From sequence record MK250017.1: a stretch of DNA of 64,000 nucleotides; one strand, 5' to 3'. The position numbers and the translations under genes are program-made. Below, one piece after another: positions 56,399-64,000 of the stretch (within the stretch, counting starts at the first letter, position 1; every line of letters starts with the position of its first letter). The notes under the pieces are model-generated. The model had not been told where the DNA came from. It saw only the letters and a program-made list of their open reading frames with translations, and did no database searches.

Positions 56399-56941
56399 AT
56401 GGTAAAACAAAAATATAATTTATCAATAGCGGAAGAAATGTCTTATGATGAAGATATTATTTGCTTCTGGAAACCTTATGGTAATGACACAATAGGTCCT
56501 CATGTATTTTGTCAGTGGTATAAATCAAATTTCATTGATGAAAATAATATAAAGTTTTCATGTACTGAACAATATATGATGTTTAAAAAGGCTATGTTAT
56601 TTGGTGATAAACAAATTGCATATCAGATTTTGTTGGAAACTGATCCATCTAAAATGAAAAAGTATGGAAGACTCATTAAGAATTTTGATGATAAAATTTG
56701 GAATGAAAATAAGTTTACTATTGTTTATAATGGTAATTATTTGAAGTTTACACAGAATGACGAATTAAAGAAATATATTAAATCAACTGGTAATTCTATA
56801 TTAGTTGAAGCAAGCCCATATGATAATATTTGGGGTGTAAAATTATCTGCAGATAATGATGATATTTTATATCCAGAGAAATGGAAAGGCGAAAATCTTT
56901 TGGGATTTGCATTGATGCAAGTAAGAGATGATATAAAATAA
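56399..56941 (+). CDS. NADAR family (YbiA-like) N-glycosidase / ADP-ribosylhydrolase
   Basis: FCQWY, EQYMM.KKA.LFGD, KF.QN..L, LVEASPYD.IWG, W.G.NLLG.ALM.VR. Confidence 0.9.
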   Translation: MVKQKYNLSIAEEMSYDEDIICFWKPYGNDTIGPHVFCQWYKSNFIDENNIKFSCTEQYMMFKKAMLFGDKQIAYQILLETDPSKMKKYGRLIKNFDDKIWNENKFTIVYNGNYLKFTQNDELKKYIKSTGNSILVEASPYDNIWGVKLSADNDDILYPEKWKGENLLGFALMQVRDDIK

Positions 56942-56961
56942 TATTTAATTTTTAAATTTTA

Positions 56962-57483
56962 ATGACAATGAATATTAATGAAATTATAGAAGAATTGAAA
57001 ACTTTTTCTGATGAAGATATAATTAAGTTTAATAAAGTATTTTCTGATTTTTATAAGCCATACAAGAAGAAGGAAAATGAGATAAAGAAAAAACTCAAGA
57101 AACAGAAAGAGGAATTGCAGAAAGTGGAAGCAATTAAAGCAGGTGATAAACTTTGTGAAATTTATGGTATTAATGCATATCCTATTTCTATTGTTCATAA
57201 AGCATGGGATTGTCCATATAATGGATGGCTTGATGATTGTATAGGGGATGATGAGAATATCGGTGATTTATTTGATAATCCAACAGAAGGATATACAAAT
57301 GATGATATTGAAAATATAGAAAATACATTTTACGAGTATTTTTATAATTTTATGTTCGATGAAGATAAAGATTCAAGAAATCTTCGTCCGGGTAGATCAT
57401 TGTATAGAGTTTATGTAAAAAACACTAATGGTGAAATAAAAGATATTGATGAAGATGAAATTAGAACTTTTATGCAAGGTTAA
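56962..57483 (+). CDS. Hypothetical protein
   Basis: 173-aa ORF. Confidence 0.7.
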   Translation: MTMNINEIIEELKTFSDEDIIKFNKVFSDFYKPYKKKENEIKKKLKKQKEELQKVEAIKAGDKLCEIYGINAYPISIVHKAWDCPYNGWLDDCIGDDENIGDLFDNPTEGYTNDDIENIENTFYEYFYNFMFDEDKDSRNLRPGRSLYRVYVKNTNGEIKDIDEDEIRTFMQG

Positions 57484-57745
57484 AAATTATATAAAATATA
57501 AAACACCTTGGCGATACGTTACTTATAATAGAAGACTATATAAAGGAGATAACATGTATATTGATTTTAGTTGGAGGCGAGAACGACATTGCTCTTTAGG
57601 ATTCTATTATGACGGTAATCTTCATACAGATGTATTTACAAATAATGAAGAATGGTTTGTAAATAGACTTTATATAAATTTTATATTCGCAACTATAAAG
57701 ATAACAACGAAAAGAAAATTGTATTGTATACGAAATTATGATTGA
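57446..57745 (+). CDS. Hypothetical protein (start uncertain)
   Basis: ORF overlapping neighbours. Confidence 0.5.
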   Translation: MMKMKLELLCKVKNYIKYKTPWRYVTYNRRLYKGDNMYIDFSWRRERHCSLGFYYDGNLHTDVFTNNEEWFVNRLYINFIFATIKITTKRKLYCIRNYD

Positions 57746-58103
57746 TAACTCAAAGGAATATATTGTATGTGCTGCATATCTTCAGACAAAGAATACAGCA
57801 AATAGACAATATATGATAGATACAATGAATAAAGATCCTAAAAGTATATATCATAAACCGCATGATGAAGTTTTTGATATGAGATTGGGATTTAGACATC
57901 CTGATATTATATATCAATTTAAAGATGAAATTAATTCATTTGAATCTGATGGTGGTTTTATGACTTCTAAAGGTAGATATGTTGATAGAATAGAAGCGAT
58001 GAAAATAGCATATGAATGTGGTCAGGTAACTAAAGAAAGAGCGTTAAGAAACGATGATAGTAATATAAAATATTGGCCATTATATTCAGAAGATATTTAT
58101 TGA
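57738..58103 (+). CDS. Phage hypothetical protein
   Basis: IVCAA, GFRH, GFMTSKGRYVDRIEA.KIA pattern. Confidence 0.7.
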   Translation: MIDNSKEYIVCAAYLQTKNTANRQYMIDTMNKDPKSIYHKPHDEVFDMRLGFRHPDIIYQFKDEINSFESDGGFMTSKGRYVDRIEAMKIAYECGQVTKERALRNDDSNIKYWPLYSEDIY

Positions 58104-58127
58104 AAAAATATTTACATTATTTTAAAA

Positions 58128-58418
58128 ATGATGACATTAAAAGAAGCAATAGAACATGCAACAGAAATTTCAGAAACATGTGATAATAAAGAATGCGGTT
58201 TAGATCATAAACAATTAGCAAATTGGCTTACTGAACTTGAAGAATTGAGGGAAGAACATAAGCAGAATGTGATGAATATGCTAGCAACAGACTATGCAGA
58301 AAATCATACATCTAATGTTGAATACCGTTATACAAATTGTACTGTTAGAGATTTTTATAATGCAAATAAAGCAGCATACATTGCTGGATTTAAAGAAGGA
58401 TTAAAATATAAAGAATGA
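58128..58418 (+). CDS. Hypothetical protein
   Basis: MTLKEAIEHA..C..EC..H.QLA.WL.EL pattern. Confidence 0.7.
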   Translation: MMTLKEAIEHATEISETCDNKECGLDHKQLANWLTELEELREEHKQNVMNMLATDYAENHTSNVEYRYTNCTVRDFYNANKAAYIAGFKEGLKYKE

Positions 58419-58645
58419 GAGATATAAAGAAAGGTGAGCATATGCATTCATATGCAGTAGGGCCATGCCATGATGAAATAAGATGGATATTTCCAAAAGA
58501 TTTTGACGGTCTTGATGATGAAGCATATTATGAAATAGAATATGACTATCATTATGCATCAGATCCATTTGATTTTTCTTGCACATATAATGTAACATAT
58601 ATTAAGAAAGTTGATGCTTCTCTATATCATATATTTAATTTTTAA
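58415..58645 (+). CDS. Hypothetical protein
   Basis: ATGA overlap. Confidence 0.6.
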   Translation: MRDIKKGEHMHSYAVGPCHDEIRWIFPKDFDGLDDEAYYEIEYDYHYASDPFDFSCTYNVTYIKKVDASLYHIFNF

Positions 58646-58720
58646 ATCATTATAATGATACACAAGCACATCAGATTCATTTATGGAATGGTTTAATAAA
58701 CATTATACATTAAATTGTAA

Positions 58721-59059
58721 ATGAAATTAGATAATTATGAATTGGTAATATCTTTTGCTATGCCTTGTTATTTATATATTGAAGGTGAGTCAAAAGAAAA
58801 ATTTTATGTAGATGAACAAACATGTGATTATTATCTATTTAAAGACATTGATAATGTTCCAAAATATTGGAAACTTATGTTATATAAACCTGATAATATA
58901 GAGCATGTGAATAAAGGTAATATTCATTTATGTAAATGGTTAGTTAATGAAAGTTATCATGATTTTGTATCAAATGATGATAATGATGACAGTAATGATG
59001 ATACAGATTATGAATATTATGAATGGGATTTTAAAAATCATTGTATAAAAAAAGATTAA
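58721..59059 (+). CDS. Hypothetical protein
   Basis: 112-aa ORF. Confidence 0.65.
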   Translation: MKLDNYELVISFAMPCYLYIEGESKEKFYVDEQTCDYYLFKDIDNVPKYWKLMLYKPDNIEHVNKGNIHLCKWLVNESYHDFVSNDDNDDSNDDTDYEYYEWDFKNHCIKKD

Positions 59060-59060
59060 T

Positions 59061-59291
59061 ATGAAATACCGAATATTAAAAGAAGAGAAAGGATTCCGTG
59101 CACAAGTTCAACTTGAAAGTAAACGGTTCGGAAAGTATTTTGAATATATTGAAGAAGACGGAAATCTTAATTCATGCCCAATAACTCATTATTATGAAAC
59201 TGAACAAGAAGCTATTGAAGCATGTAAGAAACATCATGTAAAAATGGGTTATGATAAACTTCCAAAAGTTGTTGACGAATTTGAATTGTAA
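59061..59291 (+). CDS. Hypothetical protein
   Basis: 76-aa ORF, operon packing. Confidence 0.65.
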   Translation: MKYRILKEEKGFRAQVQLESKRFGKYFEYIEEDGNLNSCPITHYYETEQEAIEACKKHHVKMGYDKLPKVVDEFEL

Positions 59292-59296
59292 TTATT

Positions 59297-59698
59297 ATGT
59301 GGTTAGCAAGAAATCAAGGACATGATACATTATCTGGTAAATACATACCAGGTGATTTATATCTTTATATGAAAAAACCTAAACGTGCAAATTCATTTAA
59401 AGGAACATTATTAGAAAATATACATACAGAAAATGATATATGGACTGCAAGATGTCCAAAAATGAAATATGATAAAGAAGCATTTTCTGATTTGAAATAT
59501 GAAGATGAACCTATTGAGGTTGATTTAGATATTAAATATAATAGATGGCATTTAGATATTTACAAATATCTATTGAGAATTAAAGAAATTACAGATACTT
59601 ATAAAAATCCGTTAATAAATGATTCTGGAGGTGCATCTATTTGTAATGACATTGATAAAAAAGTAGATGAACTAATTAAAATGGTTTTATTTAAATAA
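59297..59698 (+). CDS. Hypothetical protein
   Basis: MWLARN start, 133 aa. Confidence 0.65.
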   Translation: MWLARNQGHDTLSGKYIPGDLYLYMKKPKRANSFKGTLLENIHTENDIWTARCPKMKYDKEAFSDLKYEDEPIEVDLDIKYNRWHLDIYKYLLRIKEITDTYKNPLINDSGGASICNDIDKKVDELIKMVLFK

Positions 59699-59725
59699 TT
59701 ACTTTTTAATTCCAAATAAAATATG

Positions 59726-59733
59726 TATCTTTG
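59726..59733 (+). promoter_or_regulatory. Bacteroidetes-type -7 promoter element TATCTTTG
   Basis: TAnnTTTG match upstream of 59763. Confidence 0.65.
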
Positions 59734-59762
59734 CATATATAAAATAATTAAAATTATATATT

Positions 59763-60224
59763 ATGAATAAAGTAGAGATACAACAATATTTAAATAAAGT
59801 TAATTCTTATATTGATTATAAAGTTGGTGATTGGGTAGAAACATGTAATATGTTACCTGGTATTGTTCAAGAAATTAATAATTATTATGATAGTAGAAAA
59901 TTAATGCAATGTTTTGTCGATGATGTTGTAATTTTCTATCCTCATGAAACTATTAATAATGACAATTATCACGGAGGTACATGTTGTTCAATACAGAATT
60001 GCGGTGTTCATAAAATTTCTCAAGAATATGCAAAAATTTTATTTGCAATTGGAAGAGAAACATTAGTAAAATTGTGGAGTACTACTTATTTAAAAAGTGA
60101 TAATACAAAGCAATGGTCTGATATTGTTATTGAACATTATAACAATAATATTGAAAAATATAAAAATAACGGAGTTGAATTATTTAATATAGGTGAAGAA
60201 TATTCACGTAAAATTAAAAAATAA
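59763..60224 (+). CDS. Hypothetical protein
   Basis: 153-aa ORF, VGDWVETCNMLPGIV. Confidence 0.7.
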   Translation: MNKVEIQQYLNKVNSYIDYKVGDWVETCNMLPGIVQEINNYYDSRKLMQCFVDDVVIFYPHETINNDNYHGGTCCSIQNCGVHKISQEYAKILFAIGRETLVKLWSTTYLKSDNTKQWSDIVIEHYNNNIEKYKNNGVELFNIGEEYSRKIKK

Positions 60225-60227
60225 ATT

Positions 60228-60647
60228 ATGGATATTAAATCAAATAAAGCAGGATTATATTTTGAAAATGCATATGGTATATGTGAAACAAGAACATCTT
60301 ATCCAGAGAATTATGATCCAGAAAAAGATACGACTTTTATGAGATACTTATCATATGATACATCATGGAAAGAAAATCAACCAGAACGTGTATTTTGGAA
60401 TCGTAATTTCATGAAAGATACACATATTTTCAAAACATTTACATTCTATTATGCAGAATTTAATCATCCTACATTAGGTCCTGCTATATATGGAGCAAGT
60501 ACAAATCGAGGATTTATGTGGAAGTTTGATTCAGAGAAGGATGTAAAATGCTCAATGTGTAGATCTCTTGGATCTATTTATAAAACAATGTTGAAAGATG
60601 GTTATATTAAAATCAAAATTGGTCACGAATCTTATACAGGAGAATAA
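60228..60647 (+). CDS. Hypothetical protein
   Basis: 139-aa ORF. Confidence 0.7.
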   Translation: MDIKSNKAGLYFENAYGICETRTSYPENYDPEKDTTFMRYLSYDTSWKENQPERVFWNRNFMKDTHIFKTFTFYYAEFNHPTLGPAIYGASTNRGFMWKFDSEKDVKCSMCRSLGSIYKTMLKDGYIKIKIGHESYTGE

Positions 60648-60650
60648 ATT

Positions 60651-61046
60651 ATGAATTATAAAATTAAACATAAATATACAGGATTATATTATCAACCGAC
60701 AACAGCATCAGGTTCAAACATGGGTAAAAAAGGAAAGGTTTATACATCTGAGAATAACTCATGTTTAACGGGTTCTTATGATACTATATGTGTTACAATT
60801 AAGAAAAAATCACCTATATATAAGAATTATTATGAGATGTTATCAAAACATTATCATGATACATCTAGCCGCACAGAACGTTATGCATGTTTTTCTATTC
60901 CAAAAGATGATTTTGAAAAAGAATATGTAGAGGTTGATATTGATTTATTAACAAATATCATTAACAGTAAAAAAGAACAATATTGCGATAATGATATTGT
61001 AAAGATATGTTTAGATGAAATTTTAAAATTAGTTAAAAATAACTGA
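60651..61046 (+). CDS. Hypothetical protein
   Basis: YKIKHKYTGLYYQP..S..GKVY pattern. Confidence 0.7.
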   Translation: MNYKIKHKYTGLYYQPTTASGSNMGKKGKVYTSENNSCLTGSYDTICVTIKKKSPIYKNYYEMLSKHYHDTSSRTERYACFSIPKDDFEKEYVEVDIDLLTNIINSKKEQYCDNDIVKICLDEILKLVKNN

Positions 61047-61056
61047 TTAATTTATT

Positions 61057-61227
61057 ATGGATAATACACAAAAACATTTTACTGATGAAGAAGAACAATT
61101 ATATTCTGAAGTAGAAACATCTATGATGAATTACCTTTCTGAAAAAGAATTAAAACAAATAGATGATTATGAATATAAGTTGTTATCAATGATGGCAGAT
61201 GAAAGTTTAGAAGATAATTATTATTGA
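61057..61227 (+). CDS. Small acidic hypothetical protein (56 aa)
   Basis: Open frame filling gap before terminator. Confidence 0.5.
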   Translation: MDNTQKHFTDEEEQLYSEVETSMMNYLSEKELKQIDDYEYKLLSMMADESLEDNYY

Positions 61228-61231
61228 AAAT

Positions 61232-61265
61232 AATGGTGAATAACTAATTAAAGTTATTCACCATT
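61232..61265. terminator. Bidirectional terminator between convergent genes
   Basis: AATGGTGAATAACT...AGTTATTCACCATT. Confidence 0.75.
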
Positions 61266-61270
61266 TCTTT

Positions 61271-63379
61271 TTATTCATATGTTTTAATTTTAATACCTAA
61301 TTTATTTGCTTTCTTCATTTTACTTGATGTTGAATTTAAATCATCAGTAAATAATATTTTACATTCGGACCATACTGTAGTTTCTTCATATTCTGGATGT
61401 ATATTTAAGAAATCTTTTTTTGTTGAAAAACCGAATGCTTTTGGAGATCCAGTCATAATAATCTTTATTTTTTCGTTATTATCCTTACTGTTTTCTTTTG
61501 TTGATATATCGATATTAAGTAAATTAACAACATTCATAACCAGATTATATTCTTCACTGTTTTTATCTAATGCCCAATTATAAGATACTGAACTGAAACT
61601 TGATGTCGAATATTCCTCATTTCTTATAATCTTCGCACATAATGCAGATGCTCTATGTCCACATGTCTTAAAACAAAAACTTAATATAATATCTTCCAAT
61701 GTAAGATGATTCCTATATTCTCTTAAATTATTAACAATATTTGTATATGTTTTTGTTTCACCAAATGTTTTTGTAATAAGATCTAAATTATTATCAGACA
61801 TTAAATAAACAATATTAGTTAAATCTTTAATGTCATTATGTAAACCATCCCATAATGTATTTGCAGCAGCTGGACCTATAGTATTAATATTTAATGCAGT
61901 AGCAGAAGCTAAGAACTTATTTTTATTAAATTCATTATGTGATTTAAAAATCTTCATAAGATGCATATTACCAGAAGTTTCCGTTATTACTTCAGAATCA
62001 TTTGGTAAATTAATATTATCAATACCTGATGGCTTAACAATTTCATATACAAAAGGAATTATATCACCTGCTAATGAAATTCTTACTTCTGAACCAATAC
62101 CACATTTATTATTAATGATATAATTATAATTATGTAAAGAAGCTTTCTTTAATTCTTTTCCATCAAGATAAATCGGTTCAATTATAGCTTTAGGAAAATA
62201 TTCTCCTGTTTTCTTTACATTCCATTCAATATCAATAATATGTGTTGAATTTATCATAGGAATAAATTTCATGGCAACACAATCTACAGGTCGTACTCTA
62301 TCTTCATTATATAATCTATTTGAACAAGACGGTTTAAATACAATACCATCCAATGCATATACAGATTCATTATTTCTGAATTTATTATATTCATCATATA
62401 TATCTGATAACATTTTACCGGTTATTTTGTTTGAATATGAATGTAACTGACAATATTTTGTTTCTGGTAATTCTCCAATATAACCGATATAATTACTTAA
62501 TATTTTATATGTAGGATCATTTTTATTAATCCATGATAATTCTGTATACTTTTTAGATACAGTATTATATATTCTATAATCATAACATACAAAATGTAAA
62601 TCATTATGTAGAATAAGATTTGGATGTATATCTGAAAGTTTTCTACCTAATAACCCTGCAACATAAGAACGAGGATTAGTAAATTCATCTGCATATTTTT
62701 CATTGAAATCTTTAACAGGTACAAGAACTTCTCCTCTGATACATAAAATATCATTTGGTGTAAGAATATCTTGACAGCATTCCTTAATCTTTGTCCATTC
62801 TTTTAAAATCTTTGGTTTAATCCAATGACTAATATCAGTACCATAATTACCGTCACCACGTGTTGCACATGATATGAATTTGTAATTATGATTTTCATCT
62901 ACTGTAAATTCAGCACTAAATGAACAACCATCTAATTTTGGTGTTGTTTCAAAATATTTAGTGTTTGATGATTTATCTATATATTTAGATATTTCATCAG
63001 CAAAATAATTCATATCAACATTACCTGTTTCTTTATCTTGTTTAATCTGAACTTTTGATAAAGAACCCATAATGAAACTATGTTTGATAGTATAATTTGC
63101 ATGTTTAGCTGTACTTTTACTACCTACATAATTATTATTTTCTAATCCTATATATGTTTCAAGAGCATCAAATTTATAATCATCAATAATTTCTTTTTGA
63201 GTATTATAATATGCGTCTTTACATATATTCAATAAATCAGTAATCTCATCATTACTTAATATAGATTTAATTTCATCTACATTATATTTTGATAGTTCAT
63301 TACGTAATGATATTATTTTATCATCTGTATAATTATTTTGTTTAATATCAAAGATTAAACTCTTAATAGTACTTATCAT
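61271..63379 (-). CDS. ligA: NAD-dependent DNA ligase
   Basis: PKLDG, TRGDG, RGE, NPR, LDGIVFK, AMKF, OB fold, C-terminal BRCT (IIMTGS). Confidence 0.9.
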   Translation of the reverse strand: MISTIKSLIFDIKQNNYTDDKIISLRNELSKYNVDEIKSILSNDEITDLLNICKDAYYNTQKEIIDDYKFDALETYIGLENNNYVGSKSTAKHANYTIKHSFIMGSLSKVQIKQDKETGNVDMNYFADEISKYIDKSSNTKYFETTPKLDGCSFSAEFTVDENHNYKFISCATRGDGNYGTDISHWIKPKILKEWTKIKECCQDILTPNDILCIRGEVLVPVKDFNEKYADEFTNPRSYVAGLLGRKLSDIHPNLILHNDLHFVCYDYRIYNTVSKKYTELSWINKNDPTYKILSNYIGYIGELPETKYCQLHSYSNKITGKMLSDIYDEYNKFRNNESVYALDGIVFKPSCSNRLYNEDRVRPVDCVAMKFIPMINSTHIIDIEWNVKKTGEYFPKAIIEPIYLDGKELKKASLHNYNYIINNKCGIGSEVRISLAGDIIPFVYEIVKPSGIDNINLPNDSEVITETSGNMHLMKIFKSHNEFNKNKFLASATALNINTIGPAAANTLWDGLHNDIKDLTNIVYLMSDNNLDLITKTFGETKTYTNIVNNLREYRNHLTLEDIILSFCFKTCGHRASALCAKIIRNEEYSTSSFSSVSYNWALDKNSEEYNLVMNVVNLLNIDISTKENSKDNNEKIKIIMTGSPKAFGFSTKKDFLNIHPEYEETTVWSECKILFTDDLNSTSSKMKKANKLGIKIKTYE

Positions 63380-63468
63380 ATATTATAATTTTGTTTAATT
63401 ACTCATATATTTTATTGTATTATGAATAAAAAGTTTATGATATATTTTTTTATTAGGAAATAAATGTG

Positions 63469-63476
63469 TATCTTTG
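63469..63476 (+). promoter_or_regulatory. Bacteroidetes-type -7 promoter element TATCTTTG
   Basis: TAnnTTTG match upstream of 63524. Confidence 0.65.
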
Positions 63477-63523
63477 TAATGTAAATAATAAACAAGAAGT
63501 TAAACATTTAAAAATATATAATT

Positions 63524-63925
63524 ATGTTATCATATACAGATTTATCATCAGAAGAGTTCCTTTCAAAGGGTATTAAGAAGTCTTATCAAGCTATGTTGAT
63601 TCCAGAAATTCAGCAAATGATTAAGACTATTGATGAATTGCATGAAACAATTCAGAAGATGTCTCAGAAGGAAGAAGAGCTTCAGCATGAAATTGAGGTT
63701 CGAGATGCACAGCTTAATACACCAGAACATGAAGTTGCACTTGCAATTAAGAAGATGATGCAATCAACCGCAGAGTCTGTAGTTGATACAAAGACTCCAT
63801 CTATTGTTCGTGAACAAGTTTCTAAGCATATGGAAGTATCTGTTGAAACAGAAGCAGAATATGACCCATATTCTGGATGTCGTGATCCATATTACACATC
63901 AACTGCAGAAGTTTCATGGAAGTAA
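63524..63925 (+). CDS. Coiled-coil hypothetical protein
   Basis: 133-aa ORF with high-expression codon bias. Confidence 0.7.
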   Translation: MLSYTDLSSEEFLSKGIKKSYQAMLIPEIQQMIKTIDELHETIQKMSQKEEELQHEIEVRDAQLNTPEHEVALAIKKMMQSTAESVVDTKTPSIVREQVSKHMEVSVETEAEYDPYSGCRDPYYTSTAEVSWK

Positions 63926-64000
63926 TTTTAAACTAAATAACATTAAAGAGTTGAATATAAACAAACTTTATTCAACTCTTTTCTTATAATAATATAAGAA

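Noticed and set aside
1523-63989. Many short track ORFs antisense to or overlapping real genes (e.g. 1523..1777, 1898..2155, 9991..10305, 23891..24274, 45383..45754, 54225..54623, 61830..62123, 18621..18830)
   Set aside because: Shadow frames of recoded or highly biased genes; no motifs, atypical composition

Overview
This is an extremely AT-rich segment of a T4-like (myovirus-type) jumbo/megaphage genome, most similar in character to Lak-like phages of Bacteroidetes/Prevotella. The phage reads TAG as a sense codon, most likely Gln (translation table 15). The supplied standard-code ORF track therefore fragments or misses many genes; I re-translated them by hand with TAG=Gln. Contents: (i) 1-16.3 kb, a TAG-rich late/structural block (RuvC-like resolvase, tail fibre with S74 chaperone domain, gp6- and gp25-like baseplate proteins, a 1804-aa baseplate-like protein); (ii) 16.3-30.8 kb, a translation/replication block (HExxH protein, PTH2-like hydrolase, tRNA with a TTA ochre anticodon, histone H1-like protein, an RNA ligase split in three by two tnpB-only elements, clamp loader, a third tnpB element, ECF-type sigma factor, second RNA-ligase-like gene, glycosyltransferase); (iii) 31.3-33.7 kb, gp4-like head completion nuclease between two LRR-like paralogues; (iv) 33.8-64 kb, largely TAG-free small early genes behind Bacteroidetes-type TATCTTTG promoters (PARG-like macrodomain, HAD, NADAR, FTR-like, DinG helicase, NAD-dependent DNA ligase), with TAG-rich islands (kinase, two BACON-like proteins, two glycosyltransferases). 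The strongest candidate for an undescribed system is an operon at 39363-42711: a radical SAM enzyme followed by five tandem, otherwise divergent proteins that all start with MK(V/I)x(I/V)RxxVFETNSSS(T/V)H, with a 23-nt DNA core invariant at 22 positions. All assignments come from visual motif recognition; no database searches were run.
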